In this document: positions 48,716-57,226 of the stretch, piece after piece | How positions within the stretch are numbered: position 1 is the stretch's first letter | How the letters are laid out: each line of letters opens with the position of its first letter | From: a virus | Taxonomy: Duplodnaviria > Caudoviricetes | DNA length: 64,000 nt | Reading direction: 5' to 3' (one strand) | IMG/VR virus record: IMGVR_UViG_3300020049_016424 | Coordinates: 32,001 to 96,000 of that record | The notes under the pieces: model-generated | Database searches by the model: none | What the model was told of the DNA's origin: nothing | The model's input: the letters and a program-made list of their open reading frames with translations, nothing else | Made by a program: the position numbers and the translations under genes

Positions 48716-48723
48716 CTTTTACC
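48716..48723 (-). promoter_or_regulatory. GGTAAAAG motif heading the peptidase-array1-VWA-RT unit
   Basis: Same 8-mer upstream of - strand genes at 15384, 26708, 28112, 50216, 52326. Confidence 0.6.
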
Positions 48724-48792
48724 GGCGCGGGACGTATTTTTCGGGCGAAGCCCCCTGTGGAATCGCGCGGGCTTTCGGGGTATCCTGCCCGC

Positions 48793-49800
48793 ATGACGAT
48801 CGTCGATGCCTACCACGGAGACCCGCGGCACACCCAGCTGCTCAGCCTGCTCGAACAGGCCCCGACCGCGCTGCCGCTCCTGAAAACGGCTTCCTTCGTG
48901 GAAGAGGCCATCGCGGACCTGCCGAACACCGCCTTCGCATGGGAAGACGCCCGGCGCTACCCGGTGCACACGCGAGAGGACGCGCTCGCTAGCCTCCTCT
49001 ACCGCTCGAAGTGCGCGGGGGCGGTGCCGAAGGACGTCGACGTGAAGCTCGCGACAGCAGCGCGCGCGTGGGACCTTGTTCCGGTCGTCGCCGAGCTCGC
49101 GCAGGCGCTGCAGTCCACGAAGACTGCCGCAGCCGCAGACCCCGAGTACGCCATCCCTTCGATGCGGCGCCTGCCGCTCGAGAGCCCGGAGCAGGTCAAG
49201 GTTGCTACCGAGGTGCTCGAGCGCGATCACCGCAAGCTCGCGTTCGACACGGCGCTCGAAGGCTTCGTCCGCCTCGCCAAGGCGGCGCAGAAGCATGGCG
49301 TGCCCCTCACGGCCAAGGTCGCTGCGCACGCGGGCCTCTGCGCCTGCGACACGGTCACGCTCGGCAATGAGATCGGGGAGCGCGCGGCGGTCACGAAGGT
49401 GGCGGCAGCCGAACAGGCATACAGCACCCTCGAGACGCTCGTGAACCAGCTCCCGTCGCGAGTCTACGATCGCGCGGTGCTCACGAAGATCGCGTCGAGT
49501 CTCCACACCCTCGACCAGCTCGGGCAGGTCGAGAACCACTACGGCAAGCGCCTACGCGATCCGCTCGAGGCGGTCTTCAACGCCGCGAGCATCAAGGTGG
49601 CGGCGCAGGGGGAGCTCTGTGACGTGGGCGGCATGCAGGTGCCGCTGCAGACGTTGATGACGCTGCCGCCCCAGATCTGGGAGCAGCTCGACGTGCCCGA
49701 GCTCGGGGAGATCGCGCAGAGCGGCGACGCAGCCCAGTTCCAGCAGGTGTTCGATACCCTGCCCCGAGACCTCAAGCTCATCCTCGCGAAGCAGCTCTGA
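48793..49800 (+). CDS. Hypothetical (probable head-associated) protein with repeated KxA motifs
   Basis: FAWEDARRYPVH / YAIPSMRRLPL internal repeat; KTAS, KTAA, KVAA, KIAS; TATCCT box upstream. Confidence 0.65.
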   Translation: MTIVDAYHGDPRHTQLLSLLEQAPTALPLLKTASFVEEAIADLPNTAFAWEDARRYPVHTREDALASLLYRSKCAGAVPKDVDVKLATAARAWDLVPVVAELAQALQSTKTAAAADPEYAIPSMRRLPLESPEQVKVATEVLERDHRKLAFDTALEGFVRLAKAAQKHGVPLTAKVAAHAGLCACDTVTLGNEIGERAAVTKVAAAEQAYSTLETLVNQLPSRVYDRAVLTKIASSLHTLDQLGQVENHYGKRLRDPLEAVFNAASIKVAAQGELCDVGGMQVPLQTLMTLPPQIWEQLDVPELGEIAQSGDAAQFQQVFDTLPRDLKLILAKQL

Positions 49801-49918
49801 TCGTTGTGCCCCTCGGAAGCCCGCAAGAGAGCCCTGGAGACACGCCGTGACGCATTCGACGCTCTCTGCCGCTGAGGCACGCAACTAAAGAACACATGAC
49901 GTTCCCGCAAAACGCGCG

Positions 49919-50197
49919 TCAGGCGTAGCCTGCAGCGCGTTGAAACGGCGTCATCCATTCTTCAATGCTGTCCACCTCGTGTTCGATCGCTTGCGCCAGG
50001 CGCGCAAAAGGCACGCCCCAGCCCAGACGGGCCGTGTACGCACGCCGCCTTGCGCGCCGCTCTAGCTCGCTGAGCGCGGTGACGTAGCGCGTCACTTCCT
50101 CTGCGCGCACGCCTGTGAGCATGCGCGGAGCGGCACAGCCGAACAGGCGCCGATAGACTCGGCGGCCACGTGCACTGGTCTTCATGTGTTTGGTCAT
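49919..50197 (-). CDS. Small Arg-rich hypothetical protein
   Basis: GGAGG RBS and GGTAAAAG upstream. Confidence 0.5.
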   Translation of the reverse strand: MTKHMKTSARGRRVYRRLFGCAAPRMLTGVRAEEVTRYVTALSELERRARRRAYTARLGWGVPFARLAQAIEHEVDSIEEWMTPFQRAAGYA

Positions 50198-50240
50198 GTA
50201 GAGTACCTCCAAGTACTTTTACCAAAAATGTGGTGCCGTT

Positions 50241-50936
50241 TTGGACGCTCCAAGCAAGCTCTTGTCAGACGATGAAACCGTCGCCTCCGTGGTCTGCAAA
50301 GCAGCACACACGCTGCTCGGCGACGGCTGGCTTTTGTGGGAGCCCGAGAGCATCTGGAAGGAGCTCGAGCATCAGCACATCGACATCTCAGAGGGCAACC
50401 GTCAGCAGCTCATGGCGGGGCGCAACCTCCTCACCACCGGGCGTTTCTTTTACGATGCGCTCGTGTTCGACGCGACCTGCGCAGCGTTCGGCAATGAGGT
50501 TCTCAGTCTCGAAATGCCGGAGAGCTCGCATGTCGCACACCTGGCCTGGGGCGTCGATGAGGCCGAGGTCATCTGCCGTGAGCACGAAGACCCGATGCTC
50601 GAGTTCGACCGTGAAGCCGTAGAGTTCACGGCCCACCAGCTGCAGCAGGAGGGTTTCGTTGTAGCCCCGAAGGAGCTCGCCTACGCCCAGGAGGCGCTCA
50701 ACCGCCGCTACCCCCGCACCGAGGAGCTCGAGGTCTTGCGTGCGGCCGTCTCGAAGGCCTACCACGAGCTCGGGCGCATCGTGACGACCGAGGGTGTGAA
50801 GACGGCTGCGGCGGCGCCGTACCCCGAGACAGCGCGGGGGGTGCAGCTCGCGCGCCTAGCGGCCGTCGAGGTCTTCCTCCAGGACCGCCGCGCTGCTCGC
50901 GCCGCGGACCTAAAGAAGAGGGCGCCACGGACCTAA
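50241..50936 (+). CDS. Hypothetical phage protein
   Basis: WLLWEPESIW, HLAWGV; GC3 bias. Confidence 0.65.
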   Translation: MDAPSKLLSDDETVASVVCKAAHTLLGDGWLLWEPESIWKELEHQHIDISEGNRQQLMAGRNLLTTGRFFYDALVFDATCAAFGNEVLSLEMPESSHVAHLAWGVDEAEVICREHEDPMLEFDREAVEFTAHQLQQEGFVVAPKELAYAQEALNRRYPRTEELEVLRAAVSKAYHELGRIVTTEGVKTAAAAPYPETARGVQLARLAAVEVFLQDRRAARAADLKKRAPRT

Positions 50937-51018
50937 AGAAGAGGGAAGACCTGCGTCCTCTCCCCTTCTTCCTAGATGGCGCCTCTTCTCAGGCGTCTCC
51001 TCTTTTCTTAGAAGCCCC

Positions 51019-52281
51019 CTACGCGGTGGCGGGCTTCTCCTTCGCCGCGCGCGCGTTCGCCGCGATCGTCCGGTTCACCATCTTCTGGTACTCCGGCACC
51101 GCGATGCGCATCGCACGCGTGAACGTGCTCAACCACGCCTGCCCCGCCGGCGTCAGCTTCTGGCCGATCTCGTGGAAGCATCCGTGGGCGTACGCGTTGT
51201 AGGTCTCGTCGCCGAGATCGCAGCAGTACCGCGCGAAGTTGCCCGGCACCTCGCTTTCCGGGGACGGCTGGTCGTTGATGAGGATGTTCGCGATGCTCTC
51301 GTTGAGCACCGCGATCACGTCACTGCGCACGTGCCCGGTGAGGCGGTGCGTGACCTTGCCCGTGTCGTCGAGCGTGGCGTTGAGCAGCCGCAGGACGCGG
51401 CCCCGCGCCTTGTCGTGGTAGGCCTCGAGCACGTCCTTCGGTTCGACGAGGACCTCGCGGTTCTTGGCGAACTCGAGGAACTTATCGGACGCGACGCTCC
51501 CGATCTGACCGGAGAGGAGCGCACCCACCGCCGGGTTCTCGTAGCATGCGGGGTTGCCGAGCAGCTGCTCGGCGCTGGTGATCACCTGGCTCACCTTCTC
51601 CCAGTTCGAGGGGCACGGGAAGCACTTACCCGCGTCGCGCGCTCCCTGGTCGTAGAAGAACGGCGCTGCGGCCGAGACGAAGTCGATGACGTCCGGATGG
51701 AAGCTCGACTTGCGCGCATGCTGGACCCAGCCGAGCAGGTCGTGCGTGACGTACGCGAAGTTGAGGCGCTTGCGGATCGCGTGATCTCGCTCGGCTTCGT
51801 TCACGAGGTAGGCGCCGCTCGAGGGGTTCATCGCGGCGACCACGATGACGTTCGGATGCAGTGCCCGGCCGTGCAGCGTGCGGTCGTCGGTGAGGCCGAA
51901 GAGCGCGTTGACGAGGGCCTTGCTGCCCCGGTTCCACTCGTCCATGAAGAGGACCGCGCAGCCGGTCTTCTCGGCCTGCTCGTTCACATCGATGAACCAG
52001 CGCGCCTGGACGAAGTCGTACGCGCTGCCGTCCTCGTTGAACATCGCGAGTGCGATCTGTTCCTCGGTCATCTGGCCGAATGGCAGGACCTGCACGTAGC
52101 CGTTCTTCGAGGCGGCCCACTGGTGCACGATCGGCGTTTTGCCGATGCCCGTCTCACCGACGAGGCACACCGCCAGGCGCTTCTTCATGCCCCACACGAC
52201 GTCGAGCATGGAAGGAACCGCCGAGAGCGCGACGGGCATGATTCCGAGCTTTTCCCAGGGGTTCGTGAGAGTTTCCGTCAT
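51019..52281 (-). CDS. MoxR-type AAA+ ATPase
   Basis: Walker A GETGIGKT, Walker B LFMDEWNR, sensor I AAMN, RKRL, PCPSNWE. Confidence 0.88.
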   Translation of the reverse strand: MTETLTNPWEKLGIMPVALSAVPSMLDVVWGMKKRLAVCLVGETGIGKTPIVHQWAASKNGYVQVLPFGQMTEEQIALAMFNEDGSAYDFVQARWFIDVNEQAEKTGCAVLFMDEWNRGSKALVNALFGLTDDRTLHGRALHPNVIVVAAMNPSSGAYLVNEAERDHAIRKRLNFAYVTHDLLGWVQHARKSSFHPDVIDFVSAAAPFFYDQGARDAGKCFPCPSNWEKVSQVITSAEQLLGNPACYENPAVGALLSGQIGSVASDKFLEFAKNREVLVEPKDVLEAYHDKARGRVLRLLNATLDDTGKVTHRLTGHVRSDVIAVLNESIANILINDQPSPESEVPGNFARYCCDLGDETYNAYAHGCFHEIGQKLTPAGQAWLSTFTRAMRIAVPEYQKMVNRTIAANARAAKEKPATA

Positions 52282-52356
52282 GAATACCTTCTTTCATTGG
52301 CGACTAGAGCGCGGGTTTACGTCTGCTTTTACCGCGAGAATGCGTATTTTTTGAAT

Positions 52357-52581
52357 CTACGGCGGCTCCGAAAGATAGCGGCCATACCGGTTGTAGTAGC
52401 GCATACCCAGGGAGGGCGGAGTCTGATCTTCGATAAGAACGAACCCAGCTACTGCACCGTGGCTGTAGCGATGTTCTAGCCGCTGAAACGCGTCCCCGCG
52501 GCGTTTGCGCGCTTCTACACGAATAGAAGGTGTGAGGCCCCACAGCACGTACCAGCGGCCTTCGACAAATGTGTGCTTCAT
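52357..52581 (-). CDS. MKH-family small protein
   Basis: MKHTFVEGRW. Confidence 0.7.
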   Translation of the reverse strand: MKHTFVEGRWYVLWGLTPSIRVEARKRRGDAFQRLEHRYSHGAVAGFVLIEDQTPPSLGMRYYNRYGRYLSEPP

Positions 52582-52679
52582 CAGAGCGCTCCTGATTTGC
52601 GGGGGATATCCCGCCGATAGTGCGTGAAGTAGCGGCCACGGAGTGTGAGCGGCGGAGCGGTTACGACGGTGTGTTTCAT
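52581..52679 (-). pseudogene. Internally deleted MKH unit (32 aa)
   Basis: MKHTVV joined directly to the C-terminal PPLTLRGRY motif. Confidence 0.5.
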
Positions 52680-52909
52680 AGGGGACAGCGCAGGCGGCGG
52701 CCATACCATGCGTGGTACCGCGCGGCGAGGCTTAGTGGTGGCTTTTCGGGCAGATCGTCGAGCAGGGGCCACGAGCCTGCGTAGCCCACTACGTGGAATC
52801 GCCACTCTGCGGAGGGTGGCGTGGTGCGCAGCCAGCGATAGTCTTCCCGCAGCGTCTCAGACAGTTGCGGGCCGTGGCGCCACGAGCCCTTAGCAAATGT
52901 GTGTTTCAT
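52676..52909 (-). CDS. MKH-family small protein
   Basis: MKHTFAKGSW. Confidence 0.7.
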   Translation of the reverse strand: MKHTFAKGSWRHGPQLSETLREDYRWLRTTPPSAEWRFHVVGYAGSWPLLDDLPEKPPLSLAARYHAWYGRRLRCPL

Positions 52910-53130
52910 AGGCACCACTTGCGGTTGAGCCGCTTGGAGTAGTGCAGGTAATACCGTGCTCGAAGCGGCGGCGGCTCTGCTGTGTCTGCATTGAAATACC
53001 CCGACCAAAACGGCCCGCAATATCGCCATTCGCGGCCCAGTGACGTGTTGAGATCGCGATACTCTTCCCGGATGCCCTCGGAGTCCTCGACAGAGTTGCC
53101 CCACGCCCCCACTACGAACACATGCTTCAT
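52906..53130 (-). CDS. MKH-family small protein
   Basis: MKHVFVVGAW. Confidence 0.7.
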   Translation of the reverse strand: MKHVFVVGAWGNSVEDSEGIREEYRDLNTSLGREWRYCGPFWSGYFNADTAEPPPLRARYYLHYSKRLNRKWCL

Positions 53131-53351
53131 AGGTTACCCCGAAACGTAAGGTGCCGCTGGTAGCGACGGTAAAAGCGCGTTCGAAGCGGAGGAGGCATAG
53201 ATTCACCTGGGCGGAAGTATCCCGCCCAACCCGATAGCGTGTACCGCCATTCACGGCGCGTTTGATTGCCCTGAAAGCACCGCTCTTCTCGTATTGTGTC
53301 AGAGCTTTCCACCACAGGGTGCCACGGGCCTGCCGCGAATACATGCTTCAT
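53127..53351 (-). CDS. MKH-family small protein
   Basis: MKHVFAAGPW. Confidence 0.7.
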   Translation of the reverse strand: MKHVFAAGPWHPVVESSDTIREERCFQGNQTRREWRYTLSGWAGYFRPGESMPPPLRTRFYRRYQRHLTFRGNL

Positions 53352-53581
53352 GTTATCTCCTGTGCCCGGAGTCTTGGGCTGCGGCGGTAGTGCAGGTGGA
53401 AACGGGTTCTCAGGGAGGCAGGGGCCTCTCGAAAACGCGGATAGTACCCTGAGATACCCGCCATACCGTAGCGGCGTTCGTCTTCACAGTGTACGGTTCG
53501 TAGATAACGATACTCTCCCCACACGATACCCGCGGAGCCCCCCGTACGGCGCCAGGGTCCCGACACAAACACGTGTTTCAT
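53348..53581 (-). CDS. MKH-family small protein
   Basis: MKHVFVSGPW. Confidence 0.7.
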   Translation of the reverse strand: MKHVFVSGPWRRTGGSAGIVWGEYRYLRTVHCEDERRYGMAGISGYYPRFREAPASLRTRFHLHYRRSPRLRAQEIT

Positions 53582-53593
53582 GGCGGACCTTGG

Positions 53594-53830
53594 CTAGAAG
53601 AATACAGGGCAATATCGGCCGTACTTCTCGTAGTACCGATCAGGAAGTGTTGTTGGCATTTCATCCGCGGTGGACTCGTAATAATAGCCCGAGATCCCGG
53701 AAACTCGATAGCGACGTTCGGACCAACGCCGCAACGTGCGCCCACGCAAGTTGCGCACTTCTACGTAGCGCGGATACACTTCTTTTCCGCGCATCCGCCA
53801 ACCTTTATCCATAGGATATATGTGCTTCAT
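53594..53830 (-). CDS. MKH-family small protein
   Basis: MKHIYPMDKGW...SGISGYY. Confidence 0.7.
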   Translation of the reverse strand: MKHIYPMDKGWRMRGKEVYPRYVEVRNLRGRTLRRWSERRYRVSGISGYYYESTADEMPTTLPDRYYEKYGRYCPVFF

Positions 53831-54012
53831 CGTTTCCCTAGGAGTGTGGGGTTCAGGGCTAGCGCACGGAATGCCAACTCCGTGGCGTTCCAGCGCAAGT
53901 ACGCCAGGCTCGGGGAACGCCGATACGCTGCGTAGTAGCGTTGATGCAGGTCCCACAGGTAGTCCCATTCTGGAGGGTCTGGACGCGGGTCGCGCCGGAT
54001 TACGTGCATCAT
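53827..54012 (-). CDS. MKH-family small protein
   Basis: MMHVIRR. Confidence 0.65.
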   Translation of the reverse strand: MMHVIRRDPRPDPPEWDYLWDLHQRYYAAYRRSPSLAYLRWNATELAFRALALNPTLLGKR

Positions 54013-54209
54013 GGGGGCGGCCTCGGCGCCTGAAAGACACCCGTTTTAGCCGCAGCACGCGCATAGGCGTGTGCGCGGCCTCGGAGCCACGTCACCCAGA
54101 GATCTCGGCCGTAGCGTTCCTTGTAGCGGACGACGATGGAGATGTGGCCAGGAGCGTACCCGCCCGGTGTGCGGTGAGGGCGCCACGGCTTGCACATAAC
54201 ATGTTTCAT
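54009..54209 (-). CDS. MKH-family small protein
   Basis: MKHVMCKPW. Confidence 0.7.
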   Translation of the reverse strand: MKHVMCKPWRPHRTPGGYAPGHISIVVRYKERYGRDLWVTWLRGRAHAYARAAAKTGVFQAPRPPP

Positions 54210-54460
54210 GGAAGCCTCCTAGGAGAGCGAAAGACGCTCGCGATAGCCGCGACTTGGGCGCTGTTCCTTGCGCGGCAGATGGCGTGAGCAAGGCGCGTAT
54301 CCCGCGCGTGGTGCTTTAGGTACCGGCGCCGTAGTTCTGACGCCGCTGCGTGCTCTCCCAAAGGCCGCACGTGCCGCCATTCACGCGTGCCACCCACGAG
54401 CTCTCGCCGTTGATGGTCTCCGACAGGGTACCAGGGGCTCTCGAGCATGACGTGCTTCAC
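54206..54460 (-). CDS. MKH-family small protein
   Basis: GTG start, KHVMLESPW. Confidence 0.7.
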   Translation of the reverse strand: MKHVMLESPWYPVGDHQRRELVGGTREWRHVRPLGEHAAASELRRRYLKHHARDTRLAHAICRARNSAQVAAIASVFRSPRRLP

Positions 54461-54711
54461 TGTCGCCCCTCCGGGCGGCGGAACACGCCCTGCGTGGCTG
54501 CGAGAGCTGCCACGAACGCAGCCTGCTCCCGCATGTACGAGAGGTACAGACCTCGGTTGAAATGTTCTTCGAACCGCGCTGCGATAGTCATGCGCTCCAC
54601 ATACGGACCCTCCTTGAGAGGGGTGTAGCCTCGGCAACCTTCTCCTTCTTCGCGTTGTCGAGATAGCACGTAACGTAGCCGTGACCACGGACCGCACAGC
54701 ACGTGTTTCAT
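54457..54711 (-). CDS. MKH-family small protein
   Basis: MKHVLCGPW. Confidence 0.7.
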   Translation of the reverse strand: MKHVLCGPWSRLRYVLSRQREEGEGCRGYTPLKEGPYVERMTIAARFEEHFNRGLYLSYMREQAAFVAALAATQGVFRRPEGRQ

Positions 54712-54899
54712 GGTTTCTGCTCCGGGTGTCTCTTCCGGAGCTCTTTCTGGGCGAAATACCACTCCCAGCGTGCGAGGCGCGAGGACGGATACAGTCGTGG
54801 AGATTCCGTGAGGTAGCGATATTCCCATTCCTTGTTGACGCGCCGCTTTCGACTGTCGCCCCATGAGACCCAGCGATCGTGAATGAATATGTGCTTCAT
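54708..54899 (-). CDS. MKH-family small protein
   Basis: MKHIFIHDRW. Confidence 0.7.
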   Translation of the reverse strand: MKHIFIHDRWVSWGDSRKRRVNKEWEYRYLTESPRLYPSSRLARWEWYFAQKELRKRHPEQKP

Positions 54900-54926
54900 A
54901 GTGACCTCAGAGGGTTGCTGCGTGGT

Positions 54927-55172
54927 TCAGAAGGACCGCAAAGGGCTGCGGAAGGAGCCTAGCTGCCCTGCCTCCGTTGCCCGCAGCTGGGCGCGAAGAC
55001 GCATCCTGCGATCTTCGTTAGCCCGCCCGTAGCGCAAGTAGAATCGCATAGAGAGATCTTGGGCGTCGCGATCCCTGGCCTGCCCCCGGCACTCTTCGAT
55101 TCCGGAGCTCAGCCTTCGTGTACAGTAGGTGCTGTAACGCACCCACGCCCGCGCGCACATCACGTGCTTCAT
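54927..55172 (-). CDS. MKH-family small protein
   Basis: MKHVMCARAW. Confidence 0.7.
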   Translation of the reverse strand: MKHVMCARAWVRYSTYCTRRLSSGIEECRGQARDRDAQDLSMRFYLRYGRANEDRRMRLRAQLRATEAGQLGSFRSPLRSF

Positions 55173-55438
55173 GGCTTCCGGGTCCTCTGGCGCTTGCGCG
55201 GAGGCTGTGACGTGAAGATGCCCCGCGCCGCAGCCTCCGAGACATGGTACTGGGCAATACGCCGTGCGTACAGCAGGGGACAGACGCGGCCGTAGCGTGC
55301 CTGGAAACGAGAGCTCAAGTCGGGACACGTCCAGAAGTAGCATTTCGATTTCCATTCATGGCCACCGCCGCGGCGCTCGAACCTTCGCATGTTGTTGAGG
55401 TTCACGACCGGCTGCCCCATGCGCCAAACGTGCTTCAC
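55169..55438 (-). CDS. MKH-family small protein
   Basis: GTG start, KHVWRMG. Confidence 0.65.
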   Translation of the reverse strand: MKHVWRMGQPVVNLNNMRRFERRGGGHEWKSKCYFWTCPDLSSRFQARYGRVCPLLYARRIAQYHVSEAAARGIFTSQPPRKRQRTRKP

Positions 55439-55698
55439 GAGCGCCTCACGGGGAGCCAGAAGACGTAGTCGCGCCGCGCGGCCTGTACATGCGTCTGCGC
55501 GGCGATGAGGGCGTTCATGAGTCGCAGCGGGCGTTGGTAGCGCTTCTGGAATCGCTCGCCGAGCGCGCCCGGCTCGCCGAGCGCGCCCGGCCCGTCGAGC
55601 GTGGGGTTGTACGCCCATTCGCCGAGGCCGTTGCTGAGAGAGCGACGGCGGTGGCCGCAGTACTGCACCCACGGTTCAGAACACCAAACGTGTTTCAT
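55435..55698 (-). CDS. MKH-family small protein
   Basis: MKHVWCSEPW. Confidence 0.7.
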   Translation of the reverse strand: MKHVWCSEPWVQYCGHRRRSLSNGLGEWAYNPTLDGPGALGEPGALGERFQKRYQRPLRLMNALIAAQTHVQAARRDYVFWLPVRRS

Positions 55699-55717
55699 GG
55701 AAGCTCCTTGGGGTGCA

Positions 55718-55951
55718 TCATGGGGCCCGCTGCCGGCGTCTGAAGGTCTCCACGCGGTCTCCGCAGGGTGGTTCTGCTTGTGTGCGTGCGGCACGGGAGC
55801 TGTAGTACCCGCCCCAGCCCTGGAAGGAGGGGTAGCGCCACTGCTGCACCCACACGGTGCTACGGTACTCGGGGCCGGGGTATATCCCGTACTCGGGGCT
55901 GGAGTATACCCCCTGGAGGCGAATCCAAGGCGTCTTGACAAATACGTGCAT
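55718..55951 (-). CDS. MKH-family small protein
   Basis: MHVFVKTPW. Confidence 0.7.
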   Translation of the reverse strand: MHVFVKTPWIRLQGVYSSPEYGIYPGPEYRSTVWVQQWRYPSFQGWGGYYSSRAARTQAEPPCGDRVETFRRRQRAP

Positions 55952-56166
55952 CAAAGAATGCCTGCTTTCTTGAGGCGGTAGCCCGCCAGGCGTAGGTACA
56001 AAGGAACTTCCGTGTACGCACGGTCTCGTGCGGAGGTGTAGTACCTAGAAAAGCCTTGGGCAGACGGGGACCAATACTGCGGCCATCTCCAGGTTCCTTG
56101 TCGCAGTTGATAGTTCGCGCCCTCCTCTGGACAATGCCACTTTCCGAGAACAAAGACGTGCATCAT
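55951..56166 (-). CDS. MKH-family small protein
   Basis: MMHVFVLGKW. Confidence 0.7.
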   Translation of the reverse strand: MMHVFVLGKWHCPEEGANYQLRQGTWRWPQYWSPSAQGFSRYYTSARDRAYTEVPLYLRLAGYRLKKAGIL

Positions 56167-56375
56167 GTGCCCCTCGGCTGCCCTCTGAAGATCACTACAC
56201 GGTCTCCGATGGGGGGTTCTGCAATCTGGCGCGAGAAGGAACTCGAATAGTACCCGCCTAGTCCCAGAGAGGACGCGTACCGCACTTGCGCCCACCCCCA
56301 GGTACAGGCCCGGGTTTGGCGTCCGTGGCGTGTCAGGGACTTGTGCCATGTCCCACGAAGAAATACGTGCATCAT
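56163..56375 (-). CDS. MKH-family small protein
   Basis: MMHVFLRGTW. Confidence 0.7.
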   Translation of the reverse strand: MMHVFLRGTWHKSLTRHGRQTRACTWGWAQVRYASSLGLGGYYSSSFSRQIAEPPIGDRVVIFRGQPRGT

Positions 56376-56395
56376 GACTACATGTCTCTGACATA

Positions 56396-56584
56396 CTACC
56401 ACAGGTAGTAGCGTTGGAGAAGCGGAGGCTCTGCGACTAGGCGTAGGCGATACTCTGCGTAGTACCCCGCGCGGCCGTCACTCGAGAGATACCGGTACTG
56501 ATTCACACCTGTAACAGGATGCCGGACCTCGGAGCCGAGGAAGATCTGACGCTGCCAGGACCCCCGAACAAACACATGCATCAT
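56396..56584 (-). CDS. MKH-family small protein
   Basis: MMHVFVRGSW. Confidence 0.7.
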   Translation of the reverse strand: MMHVFVRGSWQRQIFLGSEVRHPVTGVNQYRYLSSDGRAGYYAEYRLRLVAEPPLLQRYYLW

Positions 56585-56814
56585 GGCGACTCCTGCCTCT
56601 GCTGATGTCGGCGGCGTGCAAGACGCATGTGGATCGAGTACTCCAGGTCATGGCGCACCCAGAAATCTAAATAATACCCCGAGTACCCCCAAGTGGAGCG
56701 GTACCGGTACTGCGCAAGGCTGTAGTGCCCGTCTCCCATTTGTCGCAAATACCGCAGCTCGGTTCCTGCCAGCAGGCTCTTCTCCCACGAGCCCCGCACA
56801 AATGCGTGCATCAT
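56581..56814 (-). CDS. MKH-family small protein
   Basis: MMHAFVRGSW. Confidence 0.7.
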   Translation of the reverse strand: MMHAFVRGSWEKSLLAGTELRYLRQMGDGHYSLAQYRYRSTWGYSGYYLDFWVRHDLEYSIHMRLARRRHQQRQESP

Positions 56815-57011
56815 AGGCGCCCCCTCCAAGCCGCTAGTCGTTGCCGCAACGCGGGTTCGGCGAGGCGACGGTCCGTAGTGCGTGTGTAATACCCCGCGTA
56901 CCCCTCAAAAGACAAGTACCGCCACTGGAGGTCCCAGTCGGCCGTGGCGCGGTACTCGCAATGCGCGTCAAGCGCTAGGTTCCATGTCCCCGGGACGAAT
57001 ACGTGCATCAT
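56811..57011 (-). CDS. MKH-family small protein
   Basis: MMHVFVPGTW. Confidence 0.7.
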   Translation of the reverse strand: MMHVFVPGTWNLALDAHCEYRATADWDLQWRYLSFEGYAGYYTRTTDRRLAEPALRQRLAAWRGRL

Positions 57012-57226
57012 CGGGCCTCTGTAGATTCTGTGCGGGATAGCGCCCACCACAGCCGTATGCCGACAGTAGGCTCCTCGCGCCTGCGCACGGCTATGTCCAG
57101 GTAATACCCTGCAAAGCGTTCGTAGGACAGAAAACGCCGTTGGGCTGCGGACCAGGTCGTTACGCGAAACTGCTCGAAAGCCAGCGGGTCGTCCTGCCAG
57201 GGCCCGCGAAGGAAGGTGTGGATCAT
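57008..57226 (-). CDS. MKH-family small protein
   Basis: MIHTFLRGPW. Confidence 0.7.
   Translation of the reverse strand: MIHTFLRGPWQDDPLAFEQFRVTTWSAAQRRFLSYERFAGYYLDIAVRRREEPTVGIRLWWALSRTESTEAR

Noticed and set aside
49798-49918. RHVFF-containing segment as a stray MKH unit
   Set aside because: No start codon at the motif and no conserved Trp; may be chance or a remnant.
50905-50947. Direct repeat GGACCTAAAGAAGAGGG as an att site
   Set aside because: Two adjacent copies lie at a convergent gene end next to a hairpin; more simply a local duplication at a terminator, and no integrase is seen.
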